A stretch of DNA of 64,000 nt from an uncultured beta proteobacterium (GCA_963789945.1 CAWBMN010000008.1:131144-195143); one strand, 5' to 3'. Numbered from the stretch's first letter, positions 9,301-18,937 are shown. Program-made: numbers and translations. Notes: generated by a model from the letters alone, not told the origin.

Positions 9301-11298
9301 GTGCTGGCGCAAGCCGAAGATGCGGACGTGCCGCTGCTGGAGCGGCTGCGCTTCCTGTGCATCGTCAGCAACAACCTCGATGAATTTTTCGAGATCCGGG
9401 TGGCGGGCCTGAAGGCACAGATCGAACTCGGCGCCGACACCACAGGGCCAGACGGCGCGACCCCTTCGCAGGCTTTCAAGGAAGTATCCTCGCGCACTCA
9501 CCAGCTGGTTGCGCGCCAGTACCAGCTATGGAACGAGGACCTGTTGCCGCAACTCGCGCGCGAAGGCATCCGCTTCCTGCGCCGGCGCGACTGGAACGAC
9601 GCGCAGAAGACCTGGATCAAGGCATTCTTCTTGAGGGAGATCATGCCGATGATGACGCCGATCGGACTGGACCCGGCGCATCCGTTCCCTCGCATCCTCA
9701 ACAAGAGCCTCAATTTCGCCGTGCAGCTGTCCGGAAAGGACGCGTTCGGACGTAACTCCGGATTCGCGCTGGTGCAGGCGCCACGGGTGCTGCCGCGGGT
9801 GATCAGGCTTCCCCGGGAGATCGCCGACTGCGATTTCGGATTCGTATTCCTGTCCTCGGTCATCCATGCGCACGTCGGCGAGCTGTTTACCGGCATGGAG
9901 GTGCAGGGCTGCTACCAGTTCCGCGTCACCCGCAACAGCGACCTGTTCGTAGACGAGGAAGAAGTGAAGAACCTGCGCCTGGCGCTGCAGGGCGAACTGC
10001 CGCAGCGTCACTTCGGCGACGCCGTGCGTCTCGAAGTCGCGGATCTGTGCTCGCCGGAAATCTCGGACTTTCTGCTCGCCCAGTTCAACCTCAGTCGAGA
10101 CGATCTGTACCAGGTCAACGGCCCGGTGAATCTGGTGCGCCTGATGCAGGTGCCCGACTGGGTCGACCGGCCGGACCTGAAGTTTCCGCCGTTCGTTGCC
10201 GGCATTCCGCACGCGCTCAGCAGGCGTCCGGACATCTTCGCCGCGATCCGAATGACCGACATCCTGCTGCACCATCCGTTCCAGTCGTTCAAGCCGGTCA
10301 TCAGCTTCATCCAGCAGGCTGCCGCCGATCCGCATGTGGTGGCGATCAAGCAGACCGTGTATCGCACCGGTGCCAACTCTGAACTCATGCAGACGCTGAT
10401 CGACGCGGCGCGCAGCGGCAAGGAGGTCACCGTGGTGGTGGAACTGATGGCGCGCTTCGACGAGGAGGCCAATATCAACTGGGCCGCGCGCCTGGAGGAG
10501 GTCGGCGCACATGTGGTGTACGGCGTGGTCGGACTCAAGACCCACGCGAAAATGGCGATGGTGGTTCGCCGCGAAGACGACAAACTGCGCCGGTACGTGC
10601 ACCTGGGCACGGGCAACTATCACGCGCGCACCGCGATGCTGTACACCGATTTCGGTCTGTTCACCTGCCATGAGGAGATCTGTGCGGACGTCAACGACGT
10701 GTTCATGCAGCTCACCGGCCTGGGCAAGGCCGGCAAGCTCAGGCACCTCTGGCAGTCGCCGTTTACGCTGCATTCGCACGTGTTGAGTGCCATCCGGCGC
10801 GAAGCCGAGCAGGCGCGCACCGGAGTACCTGCAGGCATCATCGCCAAGATGAACGCGCTGCTCGAGCCCGAGATCATCGCCGCGCTGTACGAGGCTTCGA
10901 TGGCCGGCGTGCAGGTGGACCTGATCGTGCGAGGTGTGTGCGCGCTGCGCCCCGGGATTCCCGGACTTTCGGACAATATCCGGGTGCGCTCGATCATCGG
11001 GCGCTTTCTCGAACACCCTCGCGTTTTCTACTTCATGAGTTCCAACGAGGTGTTCCTTTCCAGTGCCGACTGGATGGACCGCAACTTCTTCCGCCGCATC
11101 GAAGTGTGCTTTCCAGTGCTCGACGAAAAGCTGAAGAAACGCGTGATCGACGAATCGCTGAAGACCTATCTCGCCGACAATGTCCAGGCTTGGGAAATGG
11201 ATGGCGACGGCGGCTTCAAACGCAGGAAACCGGAACGCGGCAAGGGCATTGCGGCGCAGGCGGTACTGCTGGACAAACTCGCCTCAAACGCGAGCTGA
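9301..11298 (+). CDS. ppk: polyphosphate kinase 1 (annotated from the first canonical start; the true start is probably upstream, see findings)
   Basis: 665-aa ORF with the PPK1 N, H, C1 and C2 regions. The conserved N-terminal helix LYLNRELAQIEFNRRVL is encoded in frame at 9256-9303, upstream of the first GTG. Confidence 0.9.
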   Translation: MLAQAEDADVPLLERLRFLCIVSNNLDEFFEIRVAGLKAQIELGADTTGPDGATPSQAFKEVSSRTHQLVARQYQLWNEDLLPQLAREGIRFLRRRDWNDAQKTWIKAFFLREIMPMMTPIGLDPAHPFPRILNKSLNFAVQLSGKDAFGRNSGFALVQAPRVLPRVIRLPREIADCDFGFVFLSSVIHAHVGELFTGMEVQGCYQFRVTRNSDLFVDEEEVKNLRLALQGELPQRHFGDAVRLEVADLCSPEISDFLLAQFNLSRDDLYQVNGPVNLVRLMQVPDWVDRPDLKFPPFVAGIPHALSRRPDIFAAIRMTDILLHHPFQSFKPVISFIQQAAADPHVVAIKQTVYRTGANSELMQTLIDAARSGKEVTVVVELMARFDEEANINWAARLEEVGAHVVYGVVGLKTHAKMAMVVRREDDKLRRYVHLGTGNYHARTAMLYTDFGLFTCHEEICADVNDVFMQLTGLGKAGKLRHLWQSPFTLHSHVLSAIRREAEQARTGVPAGIIAKMNALLEPEIIAALYEASMAGVQVDLIVRGVCALRPGIPGLSDNIRVRSIIGRFLEHPRVFYFMSSNEVFLSSADWMDRNFFRRIEVCFPVLDEKLKKRVIDESLKTYLADNVQAWEMDGDGGFKRRKPERGKGIAAQAVLLDKLASNAS

Positions 11299-11342
11299 GG
11301 CGCCCGGTCGGCTGCGCGTTAGCAATCGACGCATCCGCAGTC

Positions 11343-12863
11343 ATGTCCCTGGAAATCGAGATCAAGCTGTCGGTTCCCGAGAAGCACGCCCTGCGGCTCT
11401 GGGAAGTGCTCGCGCACCATGCGCATGACAAACCGGTCACGCATCGGCTGTTCTCCGCGTACTACGACACTCCCGAGCGCGCTCTGAAGGCCGCCGGCGC
11501 GGCATTGCGCCTGCGCCGTGAAAGCGGGCGCTGGTTCCAGACCGTGAAGAACCAGGGAACGGTCTCAGGCGGATTGCACCAGCGCACCGAACATGAGGTC
11601 GAAGTGGCGGCACAACTACCGAGCTTCCCGGCCATGGCCGAGGCCGGGCTCGGCGACGTGCTCGCGCACAAACGGCTTCGCGATGCGCTTACCGTCGTAT
11701 TCACCACTGAGTTCAACCGCACTTCGAGGCTGCTCAGGCCCGCGGCCGGCAGGGTTGTCGAGGTGAGTCTCGACCGCGGTGTGATCGCAGCCGGAGAGCG
11801 GCGCGAGCCGATTTGCGAGATCGAGCTGGAACTCAAGTCCGGTACCCCGCAATGTCTGTTCGACCTTGCACTGGAAATCGCCACTGTACTGCCGGTGCGC
11901 CTCGACAACCGCAGCAAGGCGGAACGCGGCTACGCGCTCGCCGCGAATTCGAAGCCGGGGCCGGTCAAGGCCGCGCCGGCGATGTTGACGGCGCAGATGA
12001 CAGTGGAGGAAGCTTTCGTCGCGCTGGTCTCGCAGTGTCTCGCGCACTTGCAGGCGAACGAAGACGGCCTTCTGCTGGGCCGCGATCCCGAGTACCTGCA
12101 CCAGGCCCGAGTGGGGCTGCGGCGTCTGCGCTCGGTATTCCGCGTGTTCGACGCTGCTGTGCCCATGGAGCCCTTTGCGGCACTCCTGGATCAACTCAAG
12201 ACGATCGGGCAAACGCTGGGCGCTGCGCGGGATTGGGACGTGTTCGTAACAGAGACGCTGATACGCTCGTCGAGCGAGATAATCGATCATCCGGGGATTG
12301 CCGATCTGAGAAGGCGGGCACGGGCGGCGCGCCGCCGCGCGGGCCAGGGGGCACGCGCCGCGGTCGCTGCGCCGGCGTATACCGGCATGCTGTTGCGCCT
12401 GTCGGCAACACTGAATGCCGGGAGCCGGCGTAGCGATGGCGCACACGCCCCGATCGCGCTGCCGCAGTTCGCCGCTGCTGCAATGGCACGCCGGCATTCG
12501 CGCGTAGTCAAGCGCGGCCGCCGCATCGAGACGCTCTCGTTCCAGGAATTGCACCGGTTGCGTATCGCGGTCAAACGGCTGCGTTACATCGCCGAATTTT
12601 TTCTTCCGCTTTGGCCGAACAAGGCGCGTAACTATGTTCGGGCACTCTCCGAGTTGCAGGATCTTCTGGGAAGGATGAATGACAATGCGATTGCGTGGCG
12701 GTTGCTCGATAGCCTGGCCGCGGAGGAACCGTCGCCCGCATTCCAGCAGGCGGTGGGCTACGTGCGCGGCTGGAGCGCCGCTGAGGCCGAACACTGCCGC
12801 AAGCAGCTTGCCGACGCGTGGAAGCAGTTCATGAGAACGAAGCCATGGTGGGTGCGCGATTGA
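11343..12863 (+). CDS. CYTH plus CHAD domain protein (YgiF-like inorganic triphosphatase family)
   Basis: ATG at 11343, MSLEIEIKLSVP (the EXEXK CYTH signature). The C-terminal half is helical and CHAD-like (HQARVGLRRLRS..., LHRLRIAVKRLRY). 506 aa. Confidence 0.85.
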   Translation: MSLEIEIKLSVPEKHALRLWEVLAHHAHDKPVTHRLFSAYYDTPERALKAAGAALRLRRESGRWFQTVKNQGTVSGGLHQRTEHEVEVAAQLPSFPAMAEAGLGDVLAHKRLRDALTVVFTTEFNRTSRLLRPAAGRVVEVSLDRGVIAAGERREPICEIELELKSGTPQCLFDLALEIATVLPVRLDNRSKAERGYALAANSKPGPVKAAPAMLTAQMTVEEAFVALVSQCLAHLQANEDGLLLGRDPEYLHQARVGLRRLRSVFRVFDAAVPMEPFAALLDQLKTIGQTLGAARDWDVFVTETLIRSSSEIIDHPGIADLRRRARAARRRAGQGARAAVAAPAYTGMLLRLSATLNAGSRRSDGAHAPIALPQFAAAAMARRHSRVVKRGRRIETLSFQELHRLRIAVKRLRYIAEFFLPLWPNKARNYVRALSELQDLLGRMNDNAIAWRLLDSLAAEEPSPAFQQAVGYVRGWSAAEAEHCRKQLADAWKQFMRTKPWWVRD

Positions 12864-12893
12864 CGCCCCGGAGTATGCTGTGAGGATGGCAAC

Positions 12894-13346
12894 ATGGATC
12901 TGATACTTTGGCGCCACGCGGAAGCCGTCGATGGCCAGCCCGATCTTGCGCGCAAGCTCACGCCCAAGGGGGTGAAGCAGGCAAAGGCACTCGCACAATG
13001 GCTGAGTTCCCGCCTGCCCGAGCAGACCCGGATCATCGTCAGCCCGGCCAAGCGCACGCAACAGACCGCCGCAGCGCTCACCGACGAATTTGAAATCGAG
13101 CACAAGCTCGCGCCCGGTGCACCACCGACCGCACTGCTGGCCGCAGCCGGCTGGCCCGAGCACAGGGGCACGGTCGTGGTCGTCGGCCATCAGCCCACTC
13201 TGGGGATGGCGGCAGCGCTTGTGATCGCCGGCAAGCCGATGCCGTGGAGCATCAAGAAAGGCGCCATCTGGTGGCTGAGCCACCGCGTGCGCGGCGAGCA
13301 TGCGCAAGTCGTGCTGCGCGCAGTGATTTCCCCCGATCTACTTTAG
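12894..13346 (+). CDS. sixA: phosphohistidine phosphatase SixA
   Basis: 150 aa, MDLILWRHAEA...LTPKG...VGHQPTL (RHG phosphatase motifs). Confidence 0.85.
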   Translation: MDLILWRHAEAVDGQPDLARKLTPKGVKQAKALAQWLSSRLPEQTRIIVSPAKRTQQTAAALTDEFEIEHKLAPGAPPTALLAAAGWPEHRGTVVVVGHQPTLGMAAALVIAGKPMPWSIKKGAIWWLSHRVRGEHAQVVLRAVISPDLL

Positions 13347-13363
13347 GTCATGGCGAATCCAAA

Positions 13364-13607
13364 TCTCACCACGAAGACACGAAGGACACGAAGAAAGGCA
13401 AGGCGGTACTGATTGAACGCGGGAATGCACAGAATTATCTGCTCTCGCCATACGCGTTGCGCAGCGCTCACCAATTGAGGATCTCTCAGTCGCCGGACAC
13501 TTTTGGATAGTGTGCTTCATACCCGCAAGTCCAATTTCAGGAATTTTTCTTGAGGTTTTCTTCGTGTTTCTTCGTGTCCTTCGTGTCTTCGTGGTAAGAC
13601 TTGCGGT
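13364..13607. repeat. CACGAAG-array inverted-repeat element, copy B
   Basis: The termini at 13364-13396 and 13567-13599 are complementary over 33 nt with 1 mismatch. They differ from the copy A termini only in one 2-nt spacer and the first base. The ~170-bp core is unrelated to copy A. Confidence 0.85.
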
Positions 13608-13622
13608 ATTAGAGGAGCGTAA

Positions 13623-15107
13623 GTGTTCGAATCGGCAGAGCTGGGACATTCGATTTCCAAGCGCACTTACGCGCGCGAGGTGCCGAAGCTGCGCGAAGCG
13701 CTGCTGGATGCCCAATACGACCTGTTCCAGGACGGCCGCTTTCCGGTGATGGTCCTGATCGCCGGCGTGGAGGGCGCCGGGAAAGGCGAAACCGTCAACC
13801 TGCTGGCCGAATGGATGGATCCCCGCCACATCCGCGTTGCCGCGTTCGGCGAGCGGTCGGACGAGGAACGTGAACGCCCGCCGATGTGGCGCTATTGGCG
13901 GGAACTGCCACCGAAAGGAAAGATCGGCATTCTCTTCGGTCACTGGTACACCGATCCCATCCTCGACCGCGTTCATCGCAGGTCCAAGCACCCGCAGCTG
14001 ATCCAGAGCATCGAGGAAATCATGCGTTTCGAGAGGATGCTCGCCGACGAGGGTGCGCTTCTCCTCAAATTCTGGTTTCACCTGTCGAAAGATAGACAGA
14101 AGAAACGCTTCAAGGCACTGGAGAAAGACCCGCAGACCCGATGGCGGGTGACCGAAACCGACTGGCAGCACTACGAGCTCTACGACAGGTTCCGCAAGGT
14201 CAGCGAGCTCGCGCTGCGGCAAACCAGTTCGGCTTCCGCGCCTTGGATCGTGGTCGAGGGAGAGGATGCCCGCTACCGCAATCTGACCGTCGGCCGCGCG
14301 CTGCTGGCGGCAATGCGGGAACGCCTCGACCAGAAGCCGGCAAAGCCGGCCTTGGACCGCATCCCGCCGATTCCGGCTCCGATCGACAACCGCCACGTAC
14401 TGGGCGCGCTCGACCTTGCGCTGAAACTCAACCGCAAGAAATACACGGAACTGCGCGCGCTGTACCAGGGCCGGCTCAATCTGCTGTCGCGCCATCCCGC
14501 GTTTCGCAAGCACTCGGCGATCCTGGTGTTCGAGGGCGCCGACGCCGCGGGCAAGGGTGGTGCCATCCGCCGCGTTGCGGCTGCGCTCGATGCGCGCCAT
14601 TACCGCATCATCCCGGTGGCCGCACCGACCGAGGAGGAGCGCGTCCAACCTTACCTTTGGCGATTCTGGCGACACGTCCCGCGGCTCGGCAGGTTCGCCC
14701 TGTTCGACCGCTCCTGGTACGGACGCGTGCTGGTGGAGCGGGTCGAAGGCCTGGCCGGTGAGTTCGATTGGGCGCGCGCCTATCCCGAGATCAACGACTT
14801 CGAACAGCAGCTCACCGATGGCGGCGCCATCGTGATCAAGTTCTGGCTGGCAATCAGCAAGGAGGAACAACACCGGCGCTTCAAGGAGCGCGAACAATCC
14901 GCGTTCAAGCGCTTCAAGATCACGCCCGAGGACTGGCACAATCGCAAGAAATGGGAAGGCTACGAACAGGCGGTGTGCGACATGGTGGACCGCACCTCCA
15001 CCGCGCTCGCGCCATGGACGCTCGTGGAAGCCAACGACAAGCTCTACGCCCGCATCAAGGTACTGAAGACGATTTGCGAGCGCCTCGAGTCGGCTCTCAA
15101 ACGCTGA
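13623..15107 (+). CDS. ppk2: two-domain polyphosphate kinase 2 family protein (PAP/PA3455-like)
   Basis: GTG start, 494 aa. Two tandem PPK2 domains, each with a Walker-A-like GxxGAGKG (GVEGAGKGE and GADAAGKGG). Confidence 0.9.
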   Translation: MFESAELGHSISKRTYAREVPKLREALLDAQYDLFQDGRFPVMVLIAGVEGAGKGETVNLLAEWMDPRHIRVAAFGERSDEERERPPMWRYWRELPPKGKIGILFGHWYTDPILDRVHRRSKHPQLIQSIEEIMRFERMLADEGALLLKFWFHLSKDRQKKRFKALEKDPQTRWRVTETDWQHYELYDRFRKVSELALRQTSSASAPWIVVEGEDARYRNLTVGRALLAAMRERLDQKPAKPALDRIPPIPAPIDNRHVLGALDLALKLNRKKYTELRALYQGRLNLLSRHPAFRKHSAILVFEGADAAGKGGAIRRVAAALDARHYRIIPVAAPTEEERVQPYLWRFWRHVPRLGRFALFDRSWYGRVLVERVEGLAGEFDWARAYPEINDFEQQLTDGGAIVIKFWLAISKEEQHRRFKEREQSAFKRFKITPEDWHNRKKWEGYEQAVCDMVDRTSTALAPWTLVEANDKLYARIKVLKTICERLESALKR

Positions 15108-15148
15108 TTCCACGGGAATTTGCCGCGACCGGCATACTGACAGCTTTT

Positions 15149-15178
15149 TTGCCCTCTTCGCCGCCGGTTGCGTATACT
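15149..15178 (+). promoter_or_regulatory. candidate promoter for the first copper cluster
   Basis: TTGCCC-18 nt-TATACT ends 10 nt before the ATG at 15189. Pattern match only. Confidence 0.25.
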
Positions 15179-15188
15179 TGAACGCATC

Positions 15189-15605
15189 ATGAATCGCTGG
15201 AAGACCATACTAATCGCGTTAATATCTCTCTGGCTGCCAGTGCAAGGCTATGGCGCGGTCGCCATGCCGTTTTGCCAGCAGCACGGCATGGCCGGGGCGG
15301 GCGCCGCGCAGACCGGATCATCGCATGAGCAACACGTCGGTCATTCGGATCATATGGCCCATCACGATTCGCCAAGTGACGCAGCAGGAAATTCTCATGC
15401 TGAGCACGCTGGCGGTGATGCCACCGGCAGTCTGGCCTGCAACAACTGCGGCGCCTGTCATCTGGCATGCTCTCCGGCAATCTCGGCCATTTCGTCCATA
15501 GCAGTGTTGATCGGCCATTCCGTTCTCGAGCCATCCCCCACCGATTCACCGCACTTTTTCTATCCCGAGCAATTTCAGCGCCCCCCTCTCTCCGCGCTCC
15601 TCTGA
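15189..15605 (+). CDS. CzcI/CopL-like His- and Cys-rich secreted protein
   Basis: ATG at 15189. Signal peptide MNRWKTILIALISLWLPVQGYGA, a His-rich middle, CNNCGACHLAC, and a C-terminal QRPP. As I recall, it resembles the small CzcI proteins that head metal-efflux operons. Confidence 0.55.
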   Translation: MNRWKTILIALISLWLPVQGYGAVAMPFCQQHGMAGAGAAQTGSSHEQHVGHSDHMAHHDSPSDAAGNSHAEHAGGDATGSLACNNCGACHLACSPAISAISSIAVLIGHSVLEPSPTDSPHFFYPEQFQRPPLSALL

Positions 15606-15771
15606 GCGCGGGTTGAACCCCTGACCGGCCGGCAAATCTGCTGGGGCGGTTCTTACCTCGCACGCGAAGCACCCACCGTACCTTTACGGCCCTCACGCGC
15701 AATTTCGTGTCCGGTCGCCCGTACCCCTTTCGGGAGCGGCGCGCCGGACCGCGAACAGATCGAGGATTTCG

Positions 15772-16059
15772 ATGAAGACCATTTCACGCAATGCGCCCTG
15801 CGTTCTGGCAGCAACCCTGCTGCTGGCGGCCTGCACCACGTTGTCCGCGCCCGAGTACTCGCGGCAGCATCCGGCAAACCCGGAAGCAACCGAATCTGCT
15901 GCGACGAGTGCTTCGAGCGCGCTCCACACTTATCAACCCGCCGCCGCAGGCAAGGAACCGCCCAGCCAATCAACCACGCCGGAAGGAAAGGATGGTCGCG
16001 GAAGTCCGGACCCACAGCCTGCAGGGCAACCCAAGGAGAGTGGCCATGACTATCGTTGA
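15772..16059 (+). CDS. small Pro/Ala/Ser-rich lipoprotein, function unknown
   Basis: Lipobox LLLAAC after MKTISRNAPCVLAAT. RBS GAGGA. 95 aa. Overlaps the OMF start by 14 nt. Confidence 0.55.
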   Translation: MKTISRNAPCVLAATLLLAACTTLSAPEYSRQHPANPEATESAATSASSALHTYQPAAAGKEPPSQSTTPEGKDGRGSPDPQPAGQPKESGHDYR

Positions 16060-17524
16060 ACGCACGCCGGTGCGCGGCATCGGAATCCTCGTTGCCGTGC
16101 TGGTTGGCGTCTCCGTGCTTGGCGGCTGTGCAACGGTGCAGCGCGAGGCGAGTTTCCCGCAGGTGCAGAGCGCGGTTGCGAATAATCTGGGCCAGAAAAT
16201 CGAGTGGAATCGCGATGGCGAGCGTGAACAACGGACGCAGCAAGCCACGCGCACGCTGCTGCGGGAAAAACTCTCCGCGGAAGCGGCACTACAAATCGCC
16301 CTGCTGAATAACCGCGGGCTGCAGGCACGGTTCGAGGAACTCGGCATGGCGCAGGCCGACCTGGTTGAGGCCGGTTTGCTGGAGAACCCGGTACTAAGCG
16401 CGGGCGCGCTGTTCCAGGATGCCGGTACCGAGATCGACGTGGATATCGTGCAGAACTTCCTCGGCGTGTTCTCGCTTTCGGTACGCAAGAAGATCGGACG
16501 GGCCGCCGCCGAGCAGGTGACGCTGGAAGTCTCAAGAGACGTGCTGAACCTCGCGTCGGAAGTCCAGGCACAGTACTACCGGGTCGTAGGTGACGCCGAG
16601 GCACTGGTGCTGGCACGCCAGATCGTCATCGCGACCCAAGCCGCCGCGGAACTGGCGCAGCGCCAGTACGCCGCCGGCAACCTGAGCAAGCGCGAACAAA
16701 GCTTGCAGCAGGTGTTCTACGCGCAGACGCTGCTGGAAGTCGCGCAAGCTGAAGCACAACTCGACGCCGATCGGGAAAAGCTCAATCGACTCATGGGGCT
16801 GTGGGGTGCGAATACGCGCTGGAGCGTTCCCGACCGGCTCCCGCAGATCCCCGCGACGCTGCCGGCGCTCGACGACGTGGAACGGCAGGCTATCGAACGC
16901 CGTCTCGATCTTGCCGCCGCGAAGAAGGAAGCGGAAGGCCTCACCCAAGCACTCAACCTCGCCCGCCAGTACCGGTGGTTGAGCCCGCTGGGCATCGGTG
17001 TGAAATTCAAACGGGATGCGGACGGGGAGAAATCCTACGGTCCCAAGGTCGAACTCGGGTTGCCGTTCTTCAACCAGGGGCAGGCGCGAATCGCGCGGCT
17101 GGAATCCGAACGCAAACGCGCCGAAGAGCGCGTTGCCGCACTTGCAGTGGACATCCGCTCCGAGGCCCGTGAAACCCGCGGCCGCCTCAACGCGCTCCAT
17201 CAGTCGGTGAGGCATTACGAGAAGGCGCTGTTGCCGCTGCAGCAAACCATCGTGACCGAGACGCTCAAGTTCTACAACGGCATGTTGCTCGGCGTCTATG
17301 ACCTGCTGCTCGCCTCGCAAAACCAGATCCAGACCGGGCGTCAGTACATCGCTGCCAACCGAGACTTCTGGCTGGCCTGGACCGAACTGGAGCACGCGCT
17401 CGGCGGACGGGTCAGCCCCCCGGCAGCAGCGGGCACACCCGAACCACCGCCCAGGCAGCCCACCGAAAGCGACACAGACGCCCCAGCGGACAACTCTCAT
17501 CAACATGGAGACAACCAATCATGA
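16046..17524 (+). CDS. TolC-family outer membrane efflux lipoprotein (CusC/CzcC-like) without an adjacent MFP/RND
   Basis: ATG at 16046. Lipobox VLGGC. 492 aa with the two OEP repeats. Confidence 0.85.
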   Translation: MTIVERTPVRGIGILVAVLVGVSVLGGCATVQREASFPQVQSAVANNLGQKIEWNRDGEREQRTQQATRTLLREKLSAEAALQIALLNNRGLQARFEELGMAQADLVEAGLLENPVLSAGALFQDAGTEIDVDIVQNFLGVFSLSVRKKIGRAAAEQVTLEVSRDVLNLASEVQAQYYRVVGDAEALVLARQIVIATQAAAELAQRQYAAGNLSKREQSLQQVFYAQTLLEVAQAEAQLDADREKLNRLMGLWGANTRWSVPDRLPQIPATLPALDDVERQAIERRLDLAAAKKEAEGLTQALNLARQYRWLSPLGIGVKFKRDADGEKSYGPKVELGLPFFNQGQARIARLESERKRAEERVAALAVDIRSEARETRGRLNALHQSVRHYEKALLPLQQTIVTETLKFYNGMLLGVYDLLLASQNQIQTGRQYIAANRDFWLAWTELEHALGGRVSPPAAAGTPEPPPRQPTESDTDAPADNSHQHGDNQS

Positions 17525-18855
17525 TGACTCGTCGAGACATTCTCAGAGGCGGAGCGGCGCTGTTCGCCGGCGGAGCGGTATCGGCGACCTTCCGCAATGC
17601 CAATGCCGCCGAGAAATCAGCCGCAACCACCAAACCACCCTTGCCCAAACCGCCGGGCAGCCATTACACACCGGTGGTCACCCTCAACGGCAGTACGCTG
17701 CCCTGGAAGATGGACGGCGGCGTGAAAGTGTTTCACCTCACCGCCGAGCCGGTGAAGCGCGAATTCGCGCCCGGAATGGTGGTGAACTGCTGGGGCTACA
17801 ACGGCCAGACGCCGGGCCCGACCATCGAATGCGTGGAGGGCGACCGGGTACGCATCCTGGTTACCAACAAGTTGCGCGAGCACACCACCATCCACTGGCA
17901 CGGCATCTTCCTGCCCAATGGCATGGACGGCGTCGGCGGCCTCAACCAACCGCACATCAAGCCGGGCGAGACCTACGTCTACGAGTTCACCCTGCGCCAA
18001 AACGGCACATTCATGTATCACCCGCACGCCGATGAAATGGTGCAGCTGGCGCTGGGCATGATGGGACTGTTCATCGTGCATCCGAAGAAGCCGGAGAATC
18101 CGCGGATAGACCGCGACTACGGAATTATCCTGCACAACTTCGACGTCAAGCCCGGCACGGCCCGCCCGGACGCGGCGGTCATGACCGAGTTCAACATGTG
18201 GGCCTTCAACAGCCGCGTGTTCCCCGGCATCGATCCGCTTGTCGCGCGATTGGGTGAGCGCGTGCGTATCCGCGTGGCCAACCTGTCGATGCACGAGCAC
18301 CCGATCCACATCCACGGAACCGCGTTTGAAGTGACCGGCACCGACTCAGGCTGGATTCCGCAGACTGCCCGCTACCGCGAAACCAGCATGTTGGTGCCGG
18401 TCGGAAACGTGCGCGTCGGCGAGTTCATCGCCGATGCGCCCGGCGACTGGGCCCTGCACTGCCACAAATCGCACCACACCATGAATGCGATGGGACACAA
18501 CGTGCCCAACATGGTGGGCGTCAGCCACGACGACATCGCCGGGAAGATCGGCGAACTGGTACCGGGCTACATGGCGATGGGCGAGCGCGGCATGGCGGAA
18601 ATGACCGACATGGTGGAAATGGGCATGCCGCTGCCGGAGAACACCCTGCCGATGATGATGGGCGAGGGTCCTTTCGGCCCGCTGGAAATGGGCGGCATGT
18701 TCACGGTGGTGAAGATCCGTGAAGACCAGGCTCCCGGCGACTACAGCGACCCGGGCTGGTACAAGCACCCGCCGGGAACCGTGGCCTGGAAGCTGGAGGG
18801 TGCCGCATCTTCGACACCGGACGAGCCGGCCGGACACAAGGACCACTCGGGATGA
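17521..18855 (+). CDS. multicopper oxidase, Tat-exported
   Basis: Twin-arginine signal MMTRRDILRGGAALFAG. Copper-site motifs HWHG, HPHADE, HIHG and HCHKSHH. 444 aa. Confidence 0.9.
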   Translation: MMTRRDILRGGAALFAGGAVSATFRNANAAEKSAATTKPPLPKPPGSHYTPVVTLNGSTLPWKMDGGVKVFHLTAEPVKREFAPGMVVNCWGYNGQTPGPTIECVEGDRVRILVTNKLREHTTIHWHGIFLPNGMDGVGGLNQPHIKPGETYVYEFTLRQNGTFMYHPHADEMVQLALGMMGLFIVHPKKPENPRIDRDYGIILHNFDVKPGTARPDAAVMTEFNMWAFNSRVFPGIDPLVARLGERVRIRVANLSMHEHPIHIHGTAFEVTGTDSGWIPQTARYRETSMLVPVGNVRVGEFIADAPGDWALHCHKSHHTMNAMGHNVPNMVGVSHDDIAGKIGELVPGYMAMGERGMAEMTDMVEMGMPLPENTLPMMMGEGPFGPLEMGGMFTVVKIREDQAPGDYSDPGWYKHPPGTVAWKLEGAASSTPDEPAGHKDHSG

Positions 18856-18937
18856 AGTTCTGGGGCGCATCCGTCGCGTAACGCATCAAGACAGATGGCA
18901 CTTGATTTTTGACTTTAACAAACTCATGGAGAATCAC

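Noticed and set aside
9526-11016. 496-aa reverse-strand ORF inside ppk1, and similar long antisense ORFs at 11616-13307, 35454-36773, 38190-39272, 50098-51255, 16532-17518 and 25250-26605
   Set aside because: All lie opposite well-supported genes and have low-complexity R/A/G/H-rich translations with no start-site signals. They are GC-driven open frames.
13338-15113. 591-aa reverse-strand ORF covering all of ppk2
   Set aside because: It is antisense to a gene with clear two-domain PPK2 homology. Its translation is Arg/Ala/Gly/Leu-rich with no recognisable motifs, the typical shadow ORF of GC-rich DNA.
15108-15188. Integration scars (attachment repeats, tRNA, integrase) at the borders of the copper block
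   Set aside because: No direct repeats are shared between 15108-15188 and 31646-31674. No tRNA or recombinase lies nearby, and the only tRNA is 20 kb away. The island hypothesis therefore rests on gene order alone.
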